Under the pieces are notes generated by a model that was given only the letters and a program-made list of their open reading frames with translations, searched no databases and had not been told where the DNA came from. A DNA stretch of 64,000 nucleotides from an uncultured Acidobacteriota bacterium (GTDB taxonomy: Bacteria > Acidobacteriota > UBA6911): NCBI GenBank assembly GCA_963843575.1, contig CAWJKZ010000009.1, forward strand, positions 128,001 to 192,000. Direction: 5' to 3'. Shown here piece after piece: positions 41,781 to 50,189 of this stretch. A program made the position numbers and the translations under genes. The stretch's first letter is position 1; every line of letters starts with the position of its first letter.

Positions 41781-42668
41781 ATGCCGTACCACTGCGAGTC
41801 CCTGATTAGGGATATTTCCGCCAGAGCCCAGGAGTTCCGGATCCAGGTGCTGCGTATGGTCTGGGAGAGCCAGAGCGGCCACCTCGGCGGCGCGTTCTCG
41901 TGCGCGGAGATAGTGGCCGCGCTTTACTTGCACCACCTCAAAGTGGACCCATCCAGGCCCGACTGGCCGGAGCGGGACAGGTTCCTGTTCTCCAAAGGTC
42001 ACGCATGTGCGTTGCTGTATACGGCCCTTGCTCACCGAGGGTTCTTCCCCATGGATGAATTGCGTACCTTTCGCAAGCTCGACAGCCGTCTGCAGGGACA
42101 CCCCGAGCGCCAGAAGTGTCCCGGGGTGGAGATCCCAGCTGGCCCCCTTGGTCATGGCATCGCCGTCGGCGTCGGCATGGCACTTGCGCTCAGGGGCGGC
42201 GGCAAGCCGTCTTCTCTGAGCGCCCCGTCCGCGCGAGCGGCGGCGGGAAAGGTTTACGTCCTGCTCGGAGACGGCGAGATCAATGCCGGCGTCGTCTGGG
42301 AAGGCGCCATGGCCGCCCACAAGTTCAGGCTTGGAAACCTAACGGCGATTCTGGACTACAACGGTATCCAACAGACTGGGGCAACGGCTGACGTGATGCC
42401 CATCGATGACGTCGCGGAAATCTGGCGCGCTTTCGGGTGGCACGTTCAGGAAATCGACGGTCACAACGTGGGGGAAATCCTGAACGCGTTGGATCGCGCC
42501 GACGAAGTCCACGCGAAGCCGGCCATCATCATCGCCCGCACGGTCAAGGGAAAAGGCGTCAGCTTCTTTGAGTATGATCACCGCTGGCACGGGATGGTGC
42601 CGAACGCCGAGCAGTTCGAGAAAGCGCTGCTCGAGTTGGAGGGGGGGCTTTGTCAATGGCAGAACTGA
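41781..42668 (+). CDS. Split transketolase, N-terminal subunit 2
   Basis: SGHLGGAFS, RDRFLFSKGH, LQGHP, GPLGHG, GDGEINAG. Confidence 0.9.
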   Translation: MPYHCESLIRDISARAQEFRIQVLRMVWESQSGHLGGAFSCAEIVAALYLHHLKVDPSRPDWPERDRFLFSKGHACALLYTALAHRGFFPMDELRTFRKLDSRLQGHPERQKCPGVEIPAGPLGHGIAVGVGMALALRGGGKPSSLSAPSARAAAGKVYVLLGDGEINAGVVWEGAMAAHKFRLGNLTAILDYNGIQQTGATADVMPIDDVAEIWRAFGWHVQEIDGHNVGEILNALDRADEVHAKPAIIIARTVKGKGVSFFEYDHRWHGMVPNAEQFEKALLELEGGLCQWQN

Positions 42669-43615
42669 TCCCCATGCGCAAGGCTTACGGGGAGGCCCTT
42701 GTCGCACTCGGGGCAGCCAATCCCAACGTGGTAGTTTTGAGCGCCGACGTCGCCAACTCGGATTTCAGTTACATGTTCGGAGAGGCCTACCCCGACCGGT
42801 TTTACAACGTCGGGATCGCGGAACAGAGCCTCGTTGACGTGGCGGCCGGACTGGCCTATGCGGGAAAGATACCGTTCGCGAACACGTTTGGCATATTTTT
42901 GGCGACACGCGCACTGGAGATGGTCCGTACGCATCTGTGTTACGGCCAGGCAAACGTGAAATTGATGGCGGCCTACGCAGGACTGTCGGATTCCTTCGAC
43001 GGCCCTACCCATCACTCCATTACGGATATCGCCATAATGAGATCGCTCCCGAATATGACGGTGGTTGTGCCGGGAGATGCGGCGGCCGTCGCGAAACTTC
43101 TGCCCCAGGTGGCGGCATGGAAAGGTCCCGTGTATTTCCGGTTGAATCGGAACGAGGTCCCGAAGGTATTCGACGATGACTACAATCCGCAGATCGGCAA
43201 GGGCGTCGTCCTGCGACCCGGAACCGATGTGACCCTGATCGGCTGCGGGCTGATGGTTAGCCGTTGCCTGGAGGCAGCGGATCAGCTGCTCCGGCAGAGG
43301 ATAAACGCGCGCGTCGTCGAATTGCACACGATCAAGCCGCTGGACGCGGAAACCGTGCTCAAAGCGGCCCGCGAGACAGGCGCGATTGTCACCGCAGAAG
43401 AGCACAGCATTATCGGCGGGCTTGGCGGGGCTGTCGCGGAGTTGTTGAGTGACTCCTGCCCCACTCCCGTAAAGCGCGTCGGAATAGAAGACCGGTTTGC
43501 CGAGTCCGGACCCTATCACGCCCTGCTGGACCGGTATGGCATGAGCGTGGGCCGAATAATCGACGCCGCCCGCGCCGCGTTGTCGCATCGAACACTGCGG
43601 GCCGGATCGGCATAG
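42656..43615 (+). CDS. Split transketolase, C-terminal subunit 2
   Basis: GIAEQ, DGPTHHS, TIKPLD, TAEEHSIIGGLG. Confidence 0.9.
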   Translation: MAELIPMRKAYGEALVALGAANPNVVVLSADVANSDFSYMFGEAYPDRFYNVGIAEQSLVDVAAGLAYAGKIPFANTFGIFLATRALEMVRTHLCYGQANVKLMAAYAGLSDSFDGPTHHSITDIAIMRSLPNMTVVVPGDAAAVAKLLPQVAAWKGPVYFRLNRNEVPKVFDDDYNPQIGKGVVLRPGTDVTLIGCGLMVSRCLEAADQLLRQRINARVVELHTIKPLDAETVLKAARETGAIVTAEEHSIIGGLGGAVAELLSDSCPTPVKRVGIEDRFAESGPYHALLDRYGMSVGRIIDAARAALSHRTLRAGSA

Positions 43616-43651
43616 AACCTTTCGTCCGTTTGCGTGATTTCCGGTTTGCCG

Positions 43652-44491
43652 ATGAAGCTGGCATTGGCCACCCACACTTCCGATGTGTCCACCGCCCCCG
43701 GCGTGGCATTGCTCTCCGGTTCCTTCCCCGCACGCCTGAGCAAAGCCCGTAGAATCGGCTATGACGGCGTGGAACTGATGGTCGCGCGCCCTCGGGAGCT
43801 ACTCCCTCCGCGCCTTCGGGCCGAGATCGATGCGGCGGGGCTGCAGATCTGCGCGGTTGCCAGCGGGCCGGTGTTCATGCTGGATCGATTGTCTCTCCTG
43901 GCTGAAACCGCGCAACGCGCCCGCGAGGCCGAAGTGCGTCTGCACGAACTGATATCCCTGGCCGCCGCTATCGGGGCCCCTCTGGTTACGGTGGGCAGTT
44001 TTCGCGGACGCCTGGCCTGGGCCGGCGGGGCTTCGGCGCGAGCCTCACTGAAGTCCGTGTTGTCCAGAGCCGCGGATCACGGTGCCGGCTGCGGCGTGCG
44101 GCTAGTCCTCGAGCCTCTGAACCGGTATGAGAGCGACGTTGTCAACACCTGTGCCGAGGCTCTCGCCTTCATCGCTGAAACCGGACACGATCACCTCGGC
44201 GTTCTGCTGGACACTTTCCACGTCAACATCGAGGAAGCGTCGATCCTCGCGTGCTTCCGCGAAGCCCTGGCCGCGGGCAAACTGTGGCACGTCCATCTGG
44301 GAGACAGCAATCGCCGTCCCCCCGGACAGGGGCACATCGACTTTGAATCGATAGTCCGGACCCTGCAATCGGCCGGGTATGACGGCTGGCTCTCGGCGGA
44401 GCTTCTGCCGTTCCCGGATCCCGACGGCGCAGCGGAAGCAACACTGACACACATGCGGCGAATCACACAAACTGCAGAGGGCAGGTCATGA
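43652..44491 (+). CDS. Second sugar phosphate isomerase/epimerase (IolO-like)
   Basis: GYDGVEL, LEPLNRYE, DTFHVNIEE, HVHLGDSNRRPPGQGHIDF. Confidence 0.88.
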   Translation: MKLALATHTSDVSTAPGVALLSGSFPARLSKARRIGYDGVELMVARPRELLPPRLRAEIDAAGLQICAVASGPVFMLDRLSLLAETAQRAREAEVRLHELISLAAAIGAPLVTVGSFRGRLAWAGGASARASLKSVLSRAADHGAGCGVRLVLEPLNRYESDVVNTCAEALAFIAETGHDHLGVLLDTFHVNIEEASILACFREALAAGKLWHVHLGDSNRRPPGQGHIDFESIVRTLQSAGYDGWLSAELLPFPDPDGAAEATLTHMRRITQTAEGRS

Positions 44492-44787
44492 CTGCGCTTC
44501 CGGTGACCAGGTCGCAGATCGTCGCACGCCTCACTGAGAACAACATCCCGTTTGTCGAGATGCCTCTCCGGCAACAGGACTTGAACCGGCGTGGCGATTC
44601 CATATGCGTGTACAACGACGACGGAGGCATCGGCGAATTCGGGGAGATCGAATGCATGGGGCAGGCCGTCGGGTGGAACGGCCGGACCTCCTCCACCGAC
44701 ACGCTTGCGCTCTGGTGCTATGTCGGCCGGCTCCCGGATCTCCAGCTCATCGGCCGTCACCTGCTTGGAATCGAGGTTGCGTTATGA
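44488..44787 (+). pseudogene. Probable internally deleted remnant of a DUF6786-like protein
   Basis: Coupled to both neighbours by ATGA overlaps; short N-terminus joined to SICVYNDDG..GEFGEIEC.G...LW.YVG C-terminal motif (family recalled). Confidence 0.5.
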
Positions 44788-45452
44788 ACAAGCTCCTGGT
44801 GCTCGTCCACACCGTGCGGCCGTTGATCCCGGAATTCGACCGGCTGTGCGCCGAGCTGCTGCCTGGTGTGCAAGTGATGCACATTCTCGATGAACCGCTT
44901 CTAGCCCGCATCCGTCAGCGCGGGTCGCTTGGTCCCGAGGACGCCGAGCGGTTGCAGGAGCACGCCGGGATTGCCGGGCAAGTCGGGGCGGCAGCGGTGC
45001 TGGTCACGTGTTCGACAGTTTCGCCGTGTGTCGACGGCGTTCGACAGGGTGCGGGGATTCCAATCGTCAAGATCGATGAAGCCATGATGAGCGAGGCCGT
45101 GCGGGCCGGCACGCGCATCGGGGTCCTCGCCACGGCACGCACCACGCTCGAACCGACCAGGCAAAGGCTTGTCGCAAGAGCCGCGGCTTGCGGGAAGAAA
45201 ATCGAGCTGGAGGTGATTTATGTGGACCACGCACTGGACGCGCTGCTGCGCGGAGACGGGCCGACTCACGACTCGCTGGTTCGGGAGGCCGTGGTCGGCC
45301 TCGCCGGCAGGGTTGATGCAGTGGTGCTTGCACAGGCTTCGATGGCGCGGGTCAAGGCAGTGCTGGCCGACGGCAGTGTCGGCATCCCGATACTCTCCAG
45401 CCCTCATCTTGCGCTCGCGTCCGTGCGCGCCCTGGTAGGCACCGGGCAGTGA
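44784..45452 (+). CDS. Asp/Glu/hydantoin racemase family protein
   Basis: LVHT, ILDE.LL, VTCST, KIDEAM, VLAT..TTL.PT, LAQASM. Confidence 0.8.
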   Translation: MNKLLVLVHTVRPLIPEFDRLCAELLPGVQVMHILDEPLLARIRQRGSLGPEDAERLQEHAGIAGQVGAAAVLVTCSTVSPCVDGVRQGAGIPIVKIDEAMMSEAVRAGTRIGVLATARTTLEPTRQRLVARAAACGKKIELEVIYVDHALDALLRGDGPTHDSLVREAVVGLAGRVDAVVLAQASMARVKAVLADGSVGIPILSSPHLALASVRALVGTGQ

Positions 45453-45485
45453 ACGAATACCGGGGGAATGGTACCAGGAGGAATC

Positions 45486-45770
45486 ATGAGCTCATTGCGG
45501 ATCCTGTCGGATGAACAGCTCAGGAGCATTCACGATGCGTCATTGACTGTCCTGGAAGAAACCGGCATGGAGGTCGATCACGAACAGGCGCGCGAAATCC
45601 TTCGAGCCTCCGGCGCCGTTGTCGACCACGATCGGAAGATGGTCCGGTTTCGGCCGGTTACAGGGCACCCCCAACTGCCGCAGGACGTCTCGCGCGAACT
45701 CGAGCGCATTGTTGCGTCTGGCGATCAGGAACTGGCCGGGAAGGCCGCGGCCTCGCAGCAGCGAGATTGA
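45486..45770 (+). pseudogene. Third MttB-family gene collapsed by in-frame internal deletion
   Basis: First ~57 aa match 15147 (LSdEQL..IH..SL.VLE.TGM.VDH..AREIL...GA.VDHD.K.VRF); last ~35 aa match its end (LP..V.REL..IV...D.ELAG..AAS). Confidence 0.85.
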
Positions 45771-45816
45771 GCTCCGTCCGGGAAATCCGCATGCGGCCAC
45801 TCGTAAAGGGGAGAGC

Positions 45817-47748
45817 ATGGAATCCAGAAACATTCTGTACTATGGCAGTCCGGAGCCCTTGCCCTCGCCGCGGCCTCTCCAGGCGGGGCCGCTGAGCCTC
45901 AATTATGAGAATGGGGACCTCCGGAGCATCCGCCTGGGTGAGCGTGAGATCGTGCAGCGGATCTACATGGCTGTCCGAGACCGCGACTGGGGCACCGTGC
46001 GGAACGAAATCAGCGGTGAAGCCGTAGAAGCGGGCGAGGACTGGTTTCGGATTTCCTACCATTCTGAAAACCGCCGGGACGAGATTCACTTCAGGTGGGA
46101 CGCAGTGATTACCGGCACGAGCGAGGGCACGATCCAGTTCTCTTTCGACGGTCTGGCGGTCACGTCGTTTCTCCAGTCCCGGATCGGCCTGTGCATACTC
46201 CACCCCATGCTCGAGTGTGCGGGTCAATCCTGCAGGGTCGAACGCGCAGACGGCCCGGTCCGGACGGGCGTCTTTCCGGTCTATATCACATCAGCACAGC
46301 CGCTGGAGCCCTTCGCGGAGATGACCACCTTGTCGTACCCCGCAGGCGAAGACACGACGGTGGAATTGCGGTTCACCGGCGATCTGTTTGAGATGGAGGA
46401 CCAGCGGAATTGGACCGATGCGTCGTACAAGACGTTCTGCACCCCCTTGAGACTTGGCAGTCCGCGGCCGATCGAATCGGGTACCAGGGTGAATCAGTCG
46501 GTGACCCTACGGTTGTCCGGCAGGCGGCCTCACGCCAGGAGCAAAGCGCCTGCTCGCCAGATCATATCGATCTCTGTGGATCGCTCCGCCGAAACTCCTC
46601 TCCCTCGCATCGGACTGTGCGCCCCTTCCCACGGTACTCCAGCGACCGAACGGGAGCTGAACCGGCTGCGCGCCCTGAACCTGTCGCACCTGAGAGTCGA
46701 TGTCAGACCGTCGGAACCCGGGTGGCAGGAGCGCCTGCACCGCGTAATTCCCGAGGCACGATCTCTGGGAATCCCTCTTGAAGTAGCCCTCCACCTGTCC
46801 GGTAATGCGGGTGCGGAACTTGACGAGGTTGCTGCGAGGATCGAGAATGCTCGCGCCAGCGTGAGTCGCTGGATGGTGTTTCACGTGGAGGAGATCGTCC
46901 CCTCAGATAAGTGGATTGCGCTCGCGCGTGAGAGACTGGGCGCTTCGCAACGTGGTGCACTGATCGGCAGCGGTACCGACGCCGATTTCTGCGAGATCAA
47001 CAGCCGGCGGCCTGCCCATAACGGGTCCGGGTTCCTGACCTATTCGCTCAATCCCCAGACACACGCGTTCGACAACGCATCGCTGATCGAGACTCTTCCC
47101 GTCCAGGCATTGACAGCCCGGACCGCAAGGCTGTTCGCTGGGCGACGGCCGATTCTTATCGGCCCAATCACCCTCAAGATGCGCTTCAACCCATACGCGT
47201 CGGCACCGCCCGTTACAGGTCCCGGAATATTGCCGCCGCAAGTCGATCCGCGTCAGATGTCGCTCTTCTGCGCGGGATGGACGCTCGGGAGTGTGAAGTA
47301 TCTCGCCGAAAGCGGCGAAGTGGAAGGGATCACCTATTACGAAACAACCGGGTGGCGAGGTGTGATGGAAACAGAACAGGGATCTCCTCCCGAGTTGTTC
47401 CCGTCCGCGCCGGGTACGGTCTTCCCCGTATACCATGTTTTCGCGGCACTTGCAGGCTTCACGGGAGGAGAGGTGCTCCGGACAAGGTCGAGCCTGCCAA
47501 CAGGCGTGGATGCGCTGACTCTGAGAAAAAGGGGAAGCATGCGGATGCTCGTAGCGAATGTCAGCCCCACGACACACCAGGTGCGGATCGGGGACTTTGA
47601 CCGTGTCTGCTGCAAGTTCCTTGGCGAAACATCGATGCCCGCTGCGCTGCAGGAACCGGAGGAATTCTGGAGCAGAACCGGTGTCATTCTGCAACAGCCG
47701 TGGCTCGAGATGATGCCATTCGGCCTGGCTATCCTGGATATCCGGTAG
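45817..47748 (+). CDS. apnL: D-apionate lactonase-like protein
   Basis: AGPLS...ENGDLR.I, VRDRDWGT, G.CILHP, GD.FEMEDQRNWTDASYKT, HAFD..S..ETL, DPRQ..LF.A.WT.G (recalled ApnL signatures). Confidence 0.75.
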   Translation: MESRNILYYGSPEPLPSPRPLQAGPLSLNYENGDLRSIRLGEREIVQRIYMAVRDRDWGTVRNEISGEAVEAGEDWFRISYHSENRRDEIHFRWDAVITGTSEGTIQFSFDGLAVTSFLQSRIGLCILHPMLECAGQSCRVERADGPVRTGVFPVYITSAQPLEPFAEMTTLSYPAGEDTTVELRFTGDLFEMEDQRNWTDASYKTFCTPLRLGSPRPIESGTRVNQSVTLRLSGRRPHARSKAPARQIISISVDRSAETPLPRIGLCAPSHGTPATERELNRLRALNLSHLRVDVRPSEPGWQERLHRVIPEARSLGIPLEVALHLSGNAGAELDEVAARIENARASVSRWMVFHVEEIVPSDKWIALARERLGASQRGALIGSGTDADFCEINSRRPAHNGSGFLTYSLNPQTHAFDNASLIETLPVQALTARTARLFAGRRPILIGPITLKMRFNPYASAPPVTGPGILPPQVDPRQMSLFCAGWTLGSVKYLAESGEVEGITYYETTGWRGVMETEQGSPPELFPSAPGTVFPVYHVFAALAGFTGGEVLRTRSSLPTGVDALTLRKRGSMRMLVANVSPTTHQVRIGDFDRVCCKFLGETSMPAALQEPEEFWSRTGVILQQPWLEMMPFGLAILDIR

Positions 47749-47814
47749 AAACGGGCTTGCTGCGTGCCGTCTGCGCAGCCGTCCACCGGCCTGTGCAGTA
47801 GTTACCCATGTACG

Positions 47815-49386
47815 TCAATCTGATCCGCTCGGCAAGGCCAGGTAGAGCACCGCATCTCCCGCGAACGGAGCTCTGAGCGAACGCCTGGCTCCCCCCTGCA
47901 GCCGGCCGCCCTTGCTTGCCACGCCTGTCCGTGGATTAAACCACTCCGCGACCAGCGGTCCCGGAGCGGCCGACAGGTCCACCGTCACATCCCCGCCCTG
48001 GGGCAGGTAGATCAAGTAGTCCTTACCAGGATTCGCCAGACAGTACGCTGGAGAGGACAAATCAGCCCGCGGTGCCATGGCGGCCAGATTGACTCTCCTG
48101 GCGTAGCTGAGGGTCTGCCCCATCGCCTTGCGGGCAGCCGCCAACCCTGCACGCGGATCGGCCATGGGATCGGTTTGATGGATCTCCATCAAGATGGGAT
48201 TGTAGCCACGCGTGAAGCTCTTCCACACCCAACTCCTGGAATAATCCGCATCGTCCGCAAAGTTCAGCCACCCCAGGTGATCTGTATCGTAGATGATGAC
48301 TTTGCTTCCATCCGTCGCGACAGGGTCAAGCACCGCCTGGCCGAGTTTCTGTGCCTCTCCGCGACCCGCAAGATTGCGGGGGGAGATCCAGTCGGACGGA
48401 CCGGAAAATAGCCAGGAATTGTCCCCCTCGTTGATGGCAGTCATGCCCACAGGATGCTGTTTGGGCTTCCCGCGCTCGTACTCCTTTATGAAGCGGACGA
48501 AATGGTATTGCCACTCCGATGGCTTGGAAAGGTATAGGTCCTCGTTGGCGATTTCAAATAGCACGTTGTCCAGGTCGTTGACCGTGTCGACCACCTTTCG
48601 AACATAGTTCTCCTGGATCCGTGTAATCGCCGGGATAGCCAGGCTGTGCACTTCCTCGCCCTCTCCGTTGCCGTTCGGGTCGCCGTGGATGCCGTTAATG
48701 TTATTGTCGTTGTGGAACATGTGGTACTTGAATACCCGGCGGGTCTTCAGGTAATCCCACACGCTCCACCCTTGAAACAGCATCACCGAAACATAGATGC
48801 CGCGGTCCCGGGCGTCGATAACGCGCGAGCGCAATCGATCGAAGTACGCCTGATTCGTTTTTGCCAGATCGAACTTCAATCCCCCGTCGCTGGATTTCCC
48901 GGGACCGGTGCGCTCGAAAGGCATGGGCTCTGCGTAATAATCGTCCGGCGACCCCGGGCTGTCATCCGCCCGGGGGCTCTCCCACGCCCACATCCGCATG
49001 AAGTTGTGATTGTGAGAACTGAGAAAATTCAGGTAAGCGTTATAGTCGAATCGAACACGGTCCCGAGGGGGCGAATACTCCTGGAGGCTAGCCCAGGTGT
49101 GCGAGCCGGTAAGATAGATCGCTTTGCCGCTGCCGTCCGTGAAATAACGCGGATTTGTCGGGTGAACGCGCAGAGGGCCCCGGGCTTTTTCTGCCCCGGC
49201 AGATGTGATCGTGAAGATTCCGGCAAGCAACACAGCCGCAGCAAACACCGATAGCTTCCGGCACAGGAGCCCTCGCTCAAACTCGTGCGGTGTGCAGCGT
49301 CCCTTTTGGGATCGACTACAGACGATCCCGTGAGTACGGTCTGTCAGGTTGATGGTGGGCATCAGTGGGTCATCCGTGGGTTCCAT
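47815..49386 (-). CDS. Secreted DUF6298/DUF4038-related glycoside hydrolase with putative collagen-binding C-terminus (start uncertain; signal-like segment near 49260)
   Basis: GPLRVHPTNPRYFTDGSGKAIYLTGSHTW, NVLFEIANE, DTDHL, WFNPRTG, APF.GDAVLYL. Confidence 0.8.
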   Translation of the reverse strand: MEPTDDPLMPTINLTDRTHGIVCSRSQKGRCTPHEFERGLLCRKLSVFAAAVLLAGIFTITSAGAEKARGPLRVHPTNPRYFTDGSGKAIYLTGSHTWASLQEYSPPRDRVRFDYNAYLNFLSSHNHNFMRMWAWESPRADDSPGSPDDYYAEPMPFERTGPGKSSDGGLKFDLAKTNQAYFDRLRSRVIDARDRGIYVSVMLFQGWSVWDYLKTRRVFKYHMFHNDNNINGIHGDPNGNGEGEEVHSLAIPAITRIQENYVRKVVDTVNDLDNVLFEIANEDLYLSKPSEWQYHFVRFIKEYERGKPKQHPVGMTAINEGDNSWLFSGPSDWISPRNLAGRGEAQKLGQAVLDPVATDGSKVIIYDTDHLGWLNFADDADYSRSWVWKSFTRGYNPILMEIHQTDPMADPRAGLAAARKAMGQTLSYARRVNLAAMAPRADLSSPAYCLANPGKDYLIYLPQGGDVTVDLSAAPGPLVAEWFNPRTGVASKGGRLQGGARRSLRAPFAGDAVLYLALPSGSD

Positions 49387-49773
49387 ATGGGTTACACCGC
49401 GACGAAACTCGAACGAAATATGGATCGAAATCGACGAGAAGTAGGCAGCTTCTATTGGAACACAGTAATCATGCGGCATCAATCGGTTTTTACGCATTCG
49501 GCGTTGCCCCGTCGGGCGTTTCCTTCCCCGGTTGAACGAGCTCATTCGCGGGAAGCGAGCCCTGTAATTGATATGCCGCTAACGACCATCCGCCGCAACG
49601 CTGTTTCTCGCCGCGACCGTCGGCCGCAAAGGCGGAGACGACGAACTTGTCGGTTACGACGAATGCGATAGCCACGAAGGCCGCCTGGCTGTCTTGTAGT
49701 GTTCCCGGTCCCGGAAACCACACGCCGTCTCCTTCACCATCTGGAGCTTGCTGTTCAATCCATCGGTCGACGC

Positions 49774-49928
49774 GCCCTCTGTGCCAATAATGGTGAGACC
49801 CCTGCTCCCTGTTGAATTAATGTAGAGGGCGGGGAGAAAGACGGAGATGGAAGCAACCGTGGTGATGAGAGGAACCGGGGGGCTGGTTGCCCCGGCGCGG
49901 AGTGACAGCGAGCGGAGCGAGCTGTCAC
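49774..49928 (+). mobile_element. Possible left end and first codons of an IS3-like element
   Basis: CCCTCTGTGCCAATAATGGTGAGAC terminus-like motif, then GGAG-ATG and a GAGCGGAGCGAG (ERSE) hairpin; resemblance recalled only. Confidence 0.35.
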
Positions 49929-49930
49929 GT

Positions 49931-50140
49931 GTGTGACTGGCATGGCCAGGAGATCGGAGGTGAGCACCAGCAGGCGCAAGTCCTGTCCCCGGGCCCTGAC
50001 GAAGGGAACCCGACAGGGCGACGAGATGGCCGTGAAATCTCCATGGTCTTACCCAGCGAGACCTGCCGGGTCCCGCGCAAGCGGTAGACCGTAGAACGAG
50101 AGGACGAACGATGGGAGTGATCATCCGTCACGATCACGGA
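49931..50140 (+). ncRNA. 5' remnant of a group II intron (IIC-like); domain I shortened, no RT, no domain V/VI
   Basis: GTGTGACTGGCATGG 5' splice-site consensus; GCAAGTCC, CTGACGAAGGGAACC and TCTTACCCAGCGAGACCTG (50047) domain-I landmarks; starts just after hairpin GTGACAGC / GCTGTCAC. Confidence 0.6.
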
Positions 50141-50189
50141 TGCGTGATCGGTGCGCTCTGCCCGCTGCAATAAGATGGTGGCGCAGGGT

